From Candidatus Eiseniibacteriota bacterium (GTDB lineage Bacteria; Eisenbacteria; RBG-16-71-46), in assembly GCA_963725865.1 (NCBI GenBank), contig CAVSAC010000017.1, positions 35,217 to 99,216 of the forward strand: 64,000 nucleotides of DNA, given 5' to 3'. Under the pieces are notes generated by a model. The model ran no database searches. It saw nothing but the letters and a program-made list of their open reading frames with translations, and was not told the DNA's origin. The position numbers and the translations under genes were made by a program. How positions within the stretch are numbered: position 1 is the stretch's first letter; every line of letters starts with the position of its first letter. Positions 42,768 to 53,355 of this stretch are shown piece after piece.

Positions 42768-44249
42768 TCAGCGCGCGGGGGCGGCCACGCCGGGCGGCAG
42801 GATGGGCGCCAGCGCCGGCGACGGCGGCGGGCTCGCCGGCGCACGGCGGCGGTAGAGCGAGTAGCCGTCGGCGGTGCCGGCGGCCTGGTAGCGCGCGCGC
42901 AGCGCGGCGACCGCCTCGGGGCCGAGGTGGAAGTCTCGGTACCACTTGGGCGCCCCCTGCTCGAGGTCGCTCTCGAGCACCACCAGGCTCCAGCGCCCGT
43001 CGGCCAGGCCCTGCACCACCGCGCGCGCGTCGCGGTCGCCGGCGTGGGCCAGCGAGCGCAGCGTGGCCGGGTCCGAGATCGGCGAGCGCCGCCCCGCGGC
43101 GAGCGCCACCAGCGGGTCCTCGCACAGCACCCTGCCGGAGTCGGCGCTCACCACCGCGAGCACCGCGGCGCGCCGGGTCGCCGGCCACGAGGCTTCGCGC
43201 CCCATCTCCTGCAGGTCGCGCCACGAGGCCGCCGCCACCACCACCACGAGGAGCGCCGCGGGCAGCCCCACCGCGCGCGCGCCGATGCGCTCCGAGAACA
43301 CGCCGGCACACACCGCGGCCAGCGCGGTCAGCTCCACCAGGTGGTTGTGGTCCGAGCCGCGGTTGGCGAGCACCGCGAACGCCATCACCAGCGCGGCGAG
43401 CGCGAAGGAGCGCGCGGGGCGCCGGCGCGACTCGCGCGCCGCCAGGAATGCCAGCGCCAGCGCCGCGGCCGCGGCCAGCTCGGCGAACGAGCCCAGATAG
43501 CGCAGCAGCTCGGCCGGCCCGCGCAGCAGGTGCGCGGTGTTGGGCGGCGCGGTGATCAGCGTGCCGAGCGCGCTCGAGTACCACGCCGCACCGTGGAACG
43601 GCAGCGTCAGCAGCCCGCCGAGGGCGGCGCACAGCACGAAGCGCGCGATGAAGCGCACCGCGGGCACGCCCTGCTGCTGGCTCAGCGACCACAGCACCAC
43701 CGCCAGCGGCATCGTGAGCGTGGACAGCTTGGTGAGCCAGGCGAGCGCGGCGAGCGCCGCGGTGAGCCAGCCGCGCTGCTCGCGGTCGCCGGCCCACGCC
43801 GCCAGCGCGCCGAGCGAGAGCGCCGCGGCCAGCAGGTCGGCGCGGCCCGCGAGGCTCGCCGCCTTGAACGGGTACGAAGCGAGGATCAGCGCCACCGCCA
43901 CCGCGACCCCGGCCGCGCTCGCCCCCGAGGCCATCGTGGCCGCCGCCACCGCCCCCAGCAGCGCCAGCGCGGCGGCGAGCGAGGCCCAGCGCAGCGCGGC
44001 ATGCCACGACATGCCGGTGGCGCGCAGCGCGGCGACGCCGAGCGGGAACGGCGGCGCGTACACCGTGCCCAGGAACGCGCTGTCGCGCAGGTGCCCGGGC
44101 GACTCGCCGTGGAGCGAGGCGTCGGCGAGAGCGGCGACCGTGCCGGTGGCGTGGTTCATCCCGGTCCAGCCGTCCCAGGTCTTGAGCAGCAGCGCGAACC
44201 AGGCGGTGAGTGCCACCACCAGCACCACCAGCGCGAGGCGGAACGACAT
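42768..44249 (-). CDS. Polytopic membrane protein, probable GT-C-fold glycosyltransferase-like
   Basis: Intact 493-aa ORF with many TM helices; VYAPPFP, GRADL and TKLS motifs; soluble C-terminal domain. Confidence 0.65.
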   Translation of the reverse strand: MSFRLALVVLVVALTAWFALLLKTWDGWTGMNHATGTVAALADASLHGESPGHLRDSAFLGTVYAPPFPLGVAALRATGMSWHAALRWASLAAALALLGAVAAATMASGASAAGVAVAVALILASYPFKAASLAGRADLLAAALSLGALAAWAGDREQRGWLTAALAALAWLTKLSTLTMPLAVVLWSLSQQQGVPAVRFIARFVLCAALGGLLTLPFHGAAWYSSALGTLITAPPNTAHLLRGPAELLRYLGSFAELAAAAALALAFLAARESRRRPARSFALAALVMAFAVLANRGSDHNHLVELTALAAVCAGVFSERIGARAVGLPAALLVVVVAAASWRDLQEMGREASWPATRRAAVLAVVSADSGRVLCEDPLVALAAGRRSPISDPATLRSLAHAGDRDARAVVQGLADGRWSLVVLESDLEQGAPKWYRDFHLGPEAVAALRARYQAAGTADGYSLYRRRAPASPPPSPALAPILPPGVAAPAR

Positions 44250-44267
44250 GCGGCCCGGGGTCGCGCG

Positions 44268-45260
44268 CTACCAGCGCACGCGCGCACGCGCCCCAGGCGA
44301 AGCCGGCGCCGAACGCCGCCAGCACGACCAGGTCGCCCGCCTTCACGCGCCCCGCGTCGCGCGCCTCGGTGAGCGCGATCGGGATGCTCGCGGCGGTGGT
44401 GTTGCCGTAGCGCTGGATGTTCTGGAACACCTTCTCGGGCGGCACGCCGAGCCGCTCGCCGACCGCGTCGCCGATGCGCTGGTTGGCCTGGTGCGGCACG
44501 ATCAGGCTCACCTCGTCGAGCGTGTGGCCCGACTTCTCGAGCACCTCGTGGATGACCTCGGGGAAGCGCGTGGTGGCGTGCTTGAACACCTGGCGGCCGT
44601 TCATGCGCGGGAAGTGGCGGCCCGCGGCGATCATCTCGGGCGTGATGCGCCCCTTCACCAGCGAGCTCGGCGGCCTCGCACCACAGCTCCTGGGCGTACT
44701 GGCCCTCGCTGTGCAGCGCCCACGCCAGGATGCCGCGCCCGTCGTCGCACGGCTCGACCACGGCCGCGCCGGCGCCGTCGCCGAACAGCACCGCCATGTC
44801 GCGACCCGCGGTGGTCAGGTCGACCCCGGTGCTCTGCACCTCGGCGCCGATCACCAGCACGCAGCGGTAGCGCGCCGACGCGCACGAACGCGTCGGCGAC
44901 CGCGAGCGAGTACAGGAATCCGCTGCACGCGTTGCGCACGTCGAGCGCGCCGACGGTGGCGAGGCCGAGCGCCTGCTGCACCTGCACGCCGCTGCCCGGG
45001 ATCGTGTAGTCGGGAGTGGTGGTGGCGAAGATGACGAAGTCCACGTCCGCGGGCACGCGCCCGGCGTCGGCGAGCGCGCGCCGCGCGGCCGCGGTGCCGA
45101 GCTCGGTCGCGCCGACGCCCGGCTCGACGAAGTGACGCTCGCGGATGCCGGTGCGCTCCACGATCCAGGCGTCGGTGGTGTCCATGAGCTGCTCGAGGTC
45201 GTGGTTCGTGACCACGCGCGGGGGGACGTGGAAGCCGATGCCGGTGATGCGGGATCGCAT
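44268..45260 (-). CDS. fabH: 3-oxoacyl-ACP synthase III (frameshifted)
   Basis: DTTDAWIVERTGIRER, NACSGF, LFGDGAGA, MNGRQVFK, PHQANQRI, YGNTTAASIP, AFGAG. Confidence 0.92.
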
Positions 45261-45274
45261 GCCGAGACTCCTCA

Positions 45275-46055
45275 TCAACCTTGCGGGCGCAGCAGCGCGA
45301 GGTACGCGTTCACGAGCGGCTCGCCCCACAGGTAGGCGACCAGGGCGGCGGGAGCCAGGAAGGTACCGAATGGCAGCTCGGAGCGCATGTCGCCCCGGCC
45401 GCGCAGCATCAGCACGCCGCCCACCAGGCTGCCGGCGAGCGCGCCGAGGAAGATGGTGAGCACCGTGAGCCAGGGGCCGAGCAGCGCGCCGAACATCGGC
45501 GCCGAGCTTCATGTCGCCGAAGCCCATGCCGTCGACCTTGAGCACCCTCTCCCAGAACAGCAGCAGCAGGAACAGCGGAGCGGTGCCGAGCAGCGTGCCG
45601 TAGACGTAGGTGCGCGGCCCCTCGGGCAGCGCGGCGGCGAGCCCGACCAGCACGCCCGGGAAGGTGAGCGCGTCGGGCAGCAGCTGCACGTCCAGGTCGA
45701 TCAGCGTGAGCGCGATCAGCAGGAAGCCCCACACCGCGACGAACGGCAGGGTCCAGTCGAGACCGATCTTGTCGGCGGCGAGCACCGCCCAGACGGCGCA
45801 CGCCAGCTCGGTGAGCGGGTAGCGCGCCGAGACGTGCGCGCGGCAGTGGCGGCAGCGGCCCAGCGTGCTGAGCCAGGAGAAGACGGGAACCAGGTCGCGC
45901 ACGCCGAGCTCGTGGCCGCAGGCGGGGCAGCGGGAGCGCCCGCGCGCCCACGACAGCCCGCGCGGGACCCGATGGACGATGGCGGTGACCGCGCTGCCCA
46001 TGATCAGCCCGAACACGCCGGCGCAGAGCAGGATGTACCAGTGGGGGACCGTCAC
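45275..46055 (-). CDS. pilD: Prepilin peptidase/N-methyltransferase (one frameshift)
   Basis: RSRCPAC and GRCRHC zinc motifs, IDLD...LLPD, GMGFGDMKL, LPFGTFL. Confidence 0.93.
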
Positions 46056-46145
46056 CGCTCACTCAGGCCGTTGTGGCGGGCGCCCGCGTGGGGCACAATA
46101 TGCAGGTCGTCGCCGCGTGATCGGCACCCCAGGGACCTCGGACCC

Positions 46146-46466
46146 ATGCGCATCGTGCTCTTCCTCGCCATCGTGGCGAACAGCCTCGACCTCGTCGCCA
46201 CCTCGCTCGGCATCCACTGGTTCGGCAACCGCGAAGGCAATCCACTGCTCGCGGGTGTCGCGCACCACCACTGGTGGCTCTTCGTCGTGCTCAAGGGTCT
46301 GCTCATCCCGGCCCTCATCTGGCACCTCTACCGCAAGCGCGAGCACTCGCCCGGCCTCGCCACCGCCGGCCTCACCGTGGTCACGCTGGCGCTCACCATC
46401 GCGGTGGGACAGTGGCTCGGCTGGATGGCCGGCGTGCTCCACGTCGGCCGACTGCCGGCTTTCTAG
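46146..46466 (+). CDS. Small membrane protein, DUF5658-like
   Basis: NSLDLVAT...EGNPLL...LK motif with three TM segments. Confidence 0.7.
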   Translation: MRIVLFLAIVANSLDLVATSLGIHWFGNREGNPLLAGVAHHHWWLFVVLKGLLIPALIWHLYRKREHSPGLATAGLTVVTLALTIAVGQWLGWMAGVLHVGRLPAF

Positions 46467-46553
46467 CACACCCGGCCACCCCTGACGAGCGCCGAGCGGC
46501 CCCGCTGGAGCGGAGCCGCCCGTTGCCGCGTCCTCTGCGCCGCGCCGCCGTCG

Positions 46554-47823
46554 CTACTGCGTGTCGGGCAGGATGCGCGGCGTGACCTCGATGATCAGGT
46601 CCTTCTTGCTGGTGGTGATGGTCTGGTGCTGGAACAGCAGGCCGAGGCCGGGGATCTGGCCGAGCAGCGGCACCTTGGTGATGTTGGTGGTCTTCTCCTC
46701 GCTCAGCAGGCCGCCGATGATGACCGAGTTGCCGTCCTTGAGGCGCACCGTGGTGGTCGCCTGCCGCGTCGAGACCACCGGCAGGTCGGCGAACTGCGCC
46801 GCGGAAGCCGGTGACGTCGAGACCTCGGGGGTGATCTCGGTGGTGATGTAGCCGTCGGCGTTGATGAGCGGGGTGATGCGCAGCTTGATGCCGACCTCTT
46901 CCTTCTGCACCGTCGATACCTGCGCGCCGGCGTCGCCCGCGAAGATGGTCCCGGTGACCACGAACGGGATGCGCTGGCCGATCAGCATGCTCGCTTCCTT
47001 GCCGTTGAGCGTGGCGATCTTCGGGTTCGCGAGCACCTTGCCGTTGCCCTCGCGCAGGACGGCGTCGATGGCGACGTTGAACACCTTGGCCTGGCGGCTC
47101 ATGCGCTGCGCCTTGTAGACGTCGCCGGAGCCGGGCGAGGAGGGGATGAACGGCAGCGTGCCGGGGATGGCCTCGGGCGCCGGAGGCCCCGGGCTTGCCC
47201 TCGACGATGATGAAGCCCTGGCGGGTCAGCAGGTCCCAGTCGATGCCGAGCTTCTTGGTGTCGTCGACCGACACCTCGATGATGCGCGCCTCGAGCATCA
47301 CCTGGCGCGCCGGCACGTCGAGCTTGGCGACCAGGTTGAGGATCTCGGAGATGACGCGCGGGCTGGTCAGCACGATCAGCCGGTTGCCGCCACGGTCCAC
47401 CTCGATCTGCGCCGAGAGGTCCTTGAGCGCCGCCTTCACGTCGTTGGCGTCGGCGTACTTGAGATCGACGACGTAGGACGACAGCCCGGTCTCGGCCTGC
47501 AGCGAGCGCGCCTCGGCGACCAGGATGCTGTTGCCGATGCGCTCGTAGGCGAGCCCCGCGGCGCGCACCACCAGGTTGACCGCCTGGTCGAGCGGGACAT
47601 CCTTCATGTGGATCGAGATGCGCCCGTTCGCCACCCCCGTGCCGGTGACGATGTTGAGGTCGCCCTTCTCGGCCAGGATCTTGAGCACGGTGGGCAGATT
47701 GGCGTCCTCCGCGTCGAGCGAGATGAGCTTCTCCGCGGCGAGTGCCGATGCGGCGAGCGCGAGCATCGCCGCCAGACAGGCGACGAGCAGCGCACGCAGA
47801 GGACCGCCTCTGAGATGGGCCAC
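46554..47823 (-). CDS. pilQ: Type IV pilus secretin (frameshifted)
   Basis: ISLDAEDANL, LDVPARQVMLEARIIEV, LGIDW, LANPKIATLNG, GIKLRITP, KVPLLGQIPGLGLLF, DLIIEVTPRI. Confidence 0.9.
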
Positions 47824-47826
47824 GCT

Positions 47827-48312
47827 TCATTCTCCTTTCCTGGGAAGCGCGAGGACGATGCGCTCGCCCCCGCGTTCCAATGTCACCTGGTCCCGGCTGA
47901 TCGCCGCGACGCTGAAATCCGCGAACAGGGTGCCGACACGGATCGAGATGTCCTTGCCGTTCCAGCGAACGGTGGCCCGCGGGTCGTTGTCCCACACGAT
48001 CGACGTGAGCACCGGCCGGGGTGGCGGCGGGGGCGTGACGACGCGCGGCGTCGTCCGCGTCACCGGTGCGGCGCTCGCCACCGGGGCGAGCGCGAACGGG
48101 TCGCGCGCGGGCGCGGGCGGCGCCGTGCGGGCGGCATCGGCGATGAGCTGGTCGAGCGGCGCGTACGGGTCCGGCGCCGGCGCGTGCACGGGATTGGCGA
48201 TGCGCGTCCACGCGCCCGACTCGCGCAGCGCGGTACGGGTCTGCACCAGCAGGATGGCCAGCAGCACCGTGGCCGCGAGCGGGGCGAAGACGGCGCTGAA
48301 GTCGCGCCTCAT
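47827..48312 (-). CDS. PilP-position protein
   Basis: N-terminal hydrophobic anchor, RDPF motif, Pro-rich linker and small beta domain; lies between the pilO-like gene and pilQ. Confidence 0.7.
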   Translation of the reverse strand: MRRDFSAVFAPLAATVLLAILLVQTRTALRESGAWTRIANPVHAPAPDPYAPLDQLIADAARTAPPAPARDPFALAPVASAAPVTRTTPRVVTPPPPPRPVLTSIVWDNDPRATVRWNGKDISIRVGTLFADFSVAAISRDQVTLERGGERIVLALPRKGE

Positions 48313-48875
48313 CGCGTCACCCCCTGGCGCTTGAGCACCAGCCGGCTGACCCACACCTCGACCAGCAGCCCGTTGCCCTGGGGCGTGAGCTTGAAGCGAT
48401 CCATCGCGAGCAGCTGAGGCCCGCGCGAGAGCGCGTCGAGGAAGGCGACGAACTGGACGTAGCTGCCGCGCAGCGTCATGTGGGCGCGCGCGATCGTGGA
48501 GGTCTCCTGCTGCGAGATCACGCCGGGCTCCGAGGTCAGCACGTCGAGGCCGCTGCGCTGCGCCAGGGCCGAGACCTGCTCGAGCAGGCGCGCCGCCAGC
48601 ACGCCCGAGCTGGCCTGCTCGACCGCCGCGTTGGGAGCCATGGCGTTGTCGGTGACCCGCGCGAACACGCGCGGCGGCAGCACCGGCTCGGCCTGCGCCG
48701 GGTCGAGGGACAGCCCCAGGTCCCTGGCGTGCGCCATCGCCGCGGTGTAGCGCTTGACCGCAGGCTGGAAGATGACCTGGTGGGCCACCATCACCACCAC
48801 GAACACGCTGGTGGCGCACAGGATCGGCCAGTGTCGGCGCAGCGCGGCGGCCAGGAGGAGATTCATCAGCGGCAC
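48309..48875 (-). CDS. pilO: PilO/GspM-like protein
   Basis: Single TM, LRGSYVQFVAFLDAL motif, gene order. Confidence 0.72.
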   Translation of the reverse strand: MPLMNLLLAAALRRHWPILCATSVFVVVMVAHQVIFQPAVKRYTAAMAHARDLGLSLDPAQAEPVLPPRVFARVTDNAMAPNAAVEQASSGVLAARLLEQVSALAQRSGLDVLTSEPGVISQQETSTIARAHMTLRGSYVQFVAFLDALSRGPQLLAMDRFKLTPQGNGLLVEVWVSRLVLKRQGVTR

Positions 48876-49444
48876 TCGATGGTGAACTCGGTGGCGGGAT
48901 CGTCACCCCCGAGGATACGGGTCGAGGCGAGCCGCACCTTGGAGTACCCGGCGGCGAACTCGCGGTCGGAGCGCAGCGTGGTCTCGAGCGCCATCACGCT
49001 GCGCATGCGGTCCTCGCCGGGAGCGGAGCGCAGCACGCCGGTGATGACCAGCATCTCGGCGTTGGCGGCGCCCTCGAGTCCCTGCGGGTTGACGCTCATC
49101 GAGGTCACGCGCGAGCCCGCCGGCAGCAGCGCCGCGAGGCGCACCAGGCGGTCGCGCCAGCGCGCCGGGTTGCGCAGGTAGCGCTCGATCTGCGCCAGGT
49201 CCTCGGCCGACAGCCGCGTGTCGGCGGTGGCGCCCTGCATCTGGCGCAGGCGCTGCGCCTGGCGCTCGACCTGGCCGGCGCGACGCGACACCACCGCGCA
49301 GTTGAGGCCGTAGAGCCCGACCACCACTGCGATGGCGCCGAAGTAGGCGACCCACAGTCCCAGCATCATGACGCGACGGCGCGCGCGGGCGAGGTCCCGC
49401 TGGTAGGCCTCGCGGCGGAAGTTGATCTGGAACAGCGGGCTCAT
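48866..49444 (-). CDS. pilN: PilN-like protein
   Basis: INF motif, TM, coiled coil, LLPAGSRVTSM...LVITG; gene order. Confidence 0.75.
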   Translation of the reverse strand: MSPLFQINFRREAYQRDLARARRRVMMLGLWVAYFGAIAVVVGLYGLNCAVVSRRAGQVERQAQRLRQMQGATADTRLSAEDLAQIERYLRNPARWRDRLVRLAALLPAGSRVTSMSVNPQGLEGAANAEMLVITGVLRSAPGEDRMRSVMALETTLRSDREFAAGYSKVRLASTRILGGDDPATEFTIECR

Positions 49445-50497
49445 GCCGACCTCTGCGCCAGACCGAATGCGGTCGCGAACTGCGGCCCGCCGGTGCCGGT
49501 ACCGGGCTCGGCGTGCAGCGCCTCGAGCGGGTCGAACGGCAGCACCGGCACGCCCAGCAGCTCGGAGAGCCGCGCCGCCAGGCCGGGCAGCCGCGCCGAG
49601 CCGCCCGAGATGCGCAGCCGCATCGGATCGGGCAGGCGGCCCAGGGTGCGGTAGAACGCGAACGAGCGCCGCAGCTCGTCGGCCAGGTCGCGGCGCAGGC
49701 ACTCGAGCACCGCGCGCATCTCGAGCGAGTCCCAGTCCACCCGGAAGCCCGGCTCGTCGGCGCCGGCGGCGAGCTTCCACTCCTCGGCCTCGTCGGGCGA
49801 GGAGCCGGTGCCCTCGGCGATGGCGCGCGTCAGGGCGCGGCCGCCGAAGTCGATCCGGCGCGCGAAGTAGGGCTCACCCTTCTGCCACAGCGTCAGGTGC
49901 GAGGCGGTGTGCCCGAGGTCGAGCAGCGCGACCGGCTCGCGTTCCTTCTCGGCGGAGGCGACCGCGAGGCCATTGGTGAGCGCCAGCGGCACCGCGTCGA
50001 CGATGTCGGCCTCGAGGCCGAGCAGCTTGAGCGGCGCGCACACGCGCTCGCATGCGCTCCAGCGACACCGCGGCGAGCAGCACCTCGAGGCGCTTCTCGA
50101 CCGGATAGCGGCCGAGGATCTGGTAGTCGAGCACCATGCCCTGCGGATCGAAGGGGAGGTGCTTGCGCGCCTCGAAGCGCAGCGCCGGGCCGACCTCGGC
50201 GTCGTCGAGCAACGGCAGCTGGATCTGCTTGAGGATGACGTCGGGACCGGTGACGCCGAGCGTGACCCCGCGCAGCCCGCGCGGCGTCAGGCCCGCCTGG
50301 CCGAGCGCGTCGGAGATGGTACGCGCCACGACCTCGGTGGTATGCCCGCGCTCCGGGTCGCCGTCGAGCGGCGGCAGCGGCTGCTCGGCGATGCGATGCC
50401 GCGCGCCGGTGACCGCCGGCTGAAGGGCGACCAACTTGACGCTGTAGGCACCGACGTCGAGACCGACCCACGGCCGGCTGCGGATGCCTGCCCTCAT
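49441..50497 (-). CDS. pilM: PilM actin-like assembly protein (one frameshift)
   Basis: VGLDVGAYSVK, FEARKHLPF, LLDLG, ISGGSARLPGL, FATAFGLA. Confidence 0.9.
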
Positions 50498-50510
50498 CGT
50501 CCCTGATCCC

Positions 50511-51827
50511 TCATGGGGTCCTATCCTGCCACGACCCGGCGACAAGCGTGAAACGGCCACCGACGCTGCCGCTGAGGGGGATCGCCCCCTTGCTCTCGAG
50601 CCAGTCGATCCTCGACGCCACCAGTGGCGTGTAGGACAGCTTCATCGTCTTCAGTGTCGGCTGTGGCGGGGGGCCCGAGCCGAACTTGTACTGGTGCGGG
50701 CCGGCGAGGCTGAGCCCCGCGCACACGATGGATGTGTTCAAGGCGTAACTGTCGTTGTTCTCGGGGCTGTTCACGTGGTGCAGGTAGACGACACCGTCGG
50801 TCACGATGATCAGCGTGACGGGTTCCGGGCTGTACTCCACGTGCAGGTAGTCCAACAGATTCATGCCTGCATCACGGGAGTCGAACCCATTGAACGTGTC
50901 GTAGTTGTTGCGTCCCGCCACGATGACGAGAGTCGGATCCGGACCCTCGCCCTCGATCTCGAGCCGGCTGTTCATCCGGAGGCCCTTCTCGAGGAGCCAG
51001 ACCGCCGTGCCTCGTACCTTCACGTGCAGGCCGGCACCTGCGAAGGAGGAGGTCGAATCCGTGAAGCTGTAGATCGCGCTCCGCGGAGGCGCGATGTAGT
51101 ACGCCGGGTTGCTGCCTCCCGGCGTCATCTCGAGGCTCATCATCGTGCTCGGGCCATAGGAGTAGTCCCACTCTTCGGGCGCGCGGGCGAGGGCGCGCTT
51201 GGAGGCGATGAACGAGGCCACATCCGGGACGATGACGCTGTCGAATCGGACCGTCCCGGTGTACGGCGCGATGACCGACTTCCAGGCCGCATCGTCGTGG
51301 AGGTTCTCCCAGACGTCCCCGGTCAGCCACACGGTGCCGATCCGGGATCGGGGGGGTGTGAACTGCGTGTCATACGCCTCGACCTCCAACCCCGCCGAGC
51401 TCGTCACCAGTCGCTTGTACTGGTCCTCGGTCTTCTCGGGCACGAACCACGCGATGTAGGCCTGGGTGGAGTTCCCGCGCGTGGCGCGCACGCGCAGCAT
51501 CACCGGGGTGCCATCCCATGAGACCGGACCCGCGTTGTTGCCGCTCTGCACCGCCATGGTCGAATCCACCCCGGCAGGGAGGTTGGTGCGCACGCTCTCG
51601 AGCCGGTAGGGCGGCACGGTGAGCGCGAACTTGGCGCGCTCGAAGCCGCTCATGGCGTCGTTGTAGGCCTGCTGCTCCTGGATCGTCCCGCGCAGGAACT
51701 GCGCCTCGTAGCTGGACAGGCTGAACACCGAGAGCCCGAGGATGGTGAGCGCGAGGACGAAGATGATCACCCCGACCAGCACGAAGCCATCGGGGCGTCG
51801 GTCATCGGAGCGAAGGGCGGATCGCAT
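50511..51827 (-). CDS. PilX-like minor pilin with a large C-terminal domain
   Basis: GFVLVGVIIFVLALTILG (class III signal lacking Glu5), QAYNDAMSG; 438 aa. Confidence 0.75.
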   Translation of the reverse strand: MRSALRSDDRRPDGFVLVGVIIFVLALTILGLSVFSLSSYEAQFLRGTIQEQQAYNDAMSGFERAKFALTVPPYRLESVRTNLPAGVDSTMAVQSGNNAGPVSWDGTPVMLRVRATRGNSTQAYIAWFVPEKTEDQYKRLVTSSAGLEVEAYDTQFTPPRSRIGTVWLTGDVWENLHDDAAWKSVIAPYTGTVRFDSVIVPDVASFIASKRALARAPEEWDYSYGPSTMMSLEMTPGGSNPAYYIAPPRSAIYSFTDSTSSFAGAGLHVKVRGTAVWLLEKGLRMNSRLEIEGEGPDPTLVIVAGRNNYDTFNGFDSRDAGMNLLDYLHVEYSPEPVTLIIVTDGVVYLHHVNSPENNDSYALNTSIVCAGLSLAGPHQYKFGSGPPPQPTLKTMKLSYTPLVASRIDWLESKGAIPLSGSVGGRFTLVAGSWQDRTP

Positions 51828-51835
51828 GGTCGCGT

Positions 51836-52354
51836 CTACGGCTGGGTGGGTGGATTGTTCTGGAGCGTGAAGCCCGAAGTCAGACCCACGTGCTGGTCCT
51901 CGGGCGACCGCATGAGGAGATCGAACTGCACGTACGAGGTGTCGATGTTGGCGATGAACGCGAACCGCTCCACCTGGGACGCGGCGATCGGGCCCTTGTC
52001 GCCCCCGCCGTTCTGCTCGTAGTGCACGCGCTGGTCCCCGGCGCTCCACCAGTAGTGGTAGCTGTTGGTGCCGGTGGAGGTGGGGACGAAGAACGTGACC
52101 GACTGCAGGCTGTCGCCCGAGACATCCGTCACCACCATCTGGTTCGCGCCGCGGCAGCGCTCGGTGATGTCCGAGGCCACCTGGGTGGCTTCGCGCTGGG
52201 TGAGCGCCTGGCCCGAGGAGTCGATCCACACTCCCTGGGAGCCCATGTAGAAGCCCACCAGACCGATCATGACCACGCTCGCCAGCACGGTGGCGATCGT
52301 GAGCTCGGTGAGCGTCACGCCGCGTTCGGGATCTCGGGAGGGTCGAGGGATCAT
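51836..52354 (-). CDS. Minor pilin, PilW-like
   Basis: ERG/VTLTEL class III signal peptide. Confidence 0.82.
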   Translation of the reverse strand: MIPRPSRDPERGVTLTELTIATVLASVVMIGLVGFYMGSQGVWIDSSGQALTQREATQVASDITERCRGANQMVVTDVSGDSLQSVTFFVPTSTGTNSYHYWWSAGDQRVHYEQNGGGDKGPIAASQVERFAFIANIDTSYVQFDLLMRSPEDQHVGLTSGFTLQNNPPTQP

Positions 52355-52812
52355 GAGGGGTAGGGGATCAATCGGGTGAGTGAGACGGTGTCGGCGTTCC
52401 GGCCGGTGCCGTTGACGACGTAGAGGATGAGTCGTTTCATGTCCAGCGTGGCACCGGGGGTGGCCGGGTCGTCGTAGTTCTCGATCCGCCACTGCACCGT
52501 CCCGCTCACCACGCCGCGGACCGAGAACGGGATCGCCGCGGCGGGATAGGGTCCGCCGACCTTGAGGCTGTCGCTTCCCGGCCGCACCACCACCAGCCGC
52601 TCGATCTCCGCCATCTGCCGCTGGGCCTCGCCCAGCGCGGCGCGCTTCGCGGCGTAGCGGTCGATGAGGCCGTGGCCGAGGCCGAACGAATAGGCGAGGC
52701 CGATGACCGCCACGATGGCGATCAGCGCCGCGACCATCGCCTCCATCAGCGAGAAGCCACGCTCATCCGCGGCACCCGGGTGACCGGAGTGCCGCGGGAC
52801 GTGAGTCGCCAC
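52351..52812 (-). CDS. Minor pilin, PilV-like
   Basis: ERG/FSLMEAMVA class III signal peptide. Confidence 0.82.
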   Translation of the reverse strand: MATHVPRHSGHPGAADERGFSLMEAMVAALIAIVAVIGLAYSFGLGHGLIDRYAAKRAALGEAQRQMAEIERLVVVRPGSDSLKVGGPYPAAAIPFSVRGVVSGTVQWRIENYDDPATPGATLDMKRLILYVVNGTGRNADTVSLTRLIPYPS

Positions 52813-52823
52813 GTGCGAGCGGT

Positions 52824-53240
52824 TCAGCGGCTGAAGTTGCCGCCGCCCACGCGTGTGAAGTTGTACGAGACCGAGTCTCCGGGCGAGCCGATCGCGGAGG
52901 CGGCCACGGCGAACCCCGAGGAGTCGCCCCGCGTGATCTGGAAGGTCCACTTGGCCTCCGCCTCGGGGATGTCGAGCAGCTGCCCCTGCGCGCCGGTCTT
53001 GAGCTCGGTGAGCGTGCTGGCGTAGGTGCCGGGCCCGCTGATGGCGCTCTTCTGGTAGTACGCCTGCTGCGCGGTGATGATGGCGCCGATCGCGCCCTTG
53101 GCTTCGGTGCGCTTCGCGTCGTTCACGTAGTTGATGTAGAGCGGCACCGCGACCGCGGCGAGGATCGCGACGATCACGATGACCACCATGAGTTCCATGA
53201 GCGTGAAGCCCCTGTCTCCTGCGCATGGGTCCGATCTCAT
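52824..53240 (-). CDS. Type IV pilin (PilA/PilE-like)
   Basis: RG/FTLMELMVVIVIVAILAAVAVPLY...AKRTEA. Confidence 0.9.
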   Translation of the reverse strand: MRSDPCAGDRGFTLMELMVVIVIVAILAAVAVPLYINYVNDAKRTEAKGAIGAIITAQQAYYQKSAISGPGTYASTLTELKTGAQGQLLDIPEAEAKWTFQITRGDSSGFAVAASAIGSPGDSVSYNFTRVGGGNFSR

Positions 53241-53355
53241 CGAGATCCGGCTCTCCGGTGACTGCCGGATCCAGACCTCCTGGGCCCCGATCCGTGACTG
53301 CGGCACGATACGGAGCCGCCACCTCGTCCGTGCGAGGCGCCGGCCCGGTGACTCC

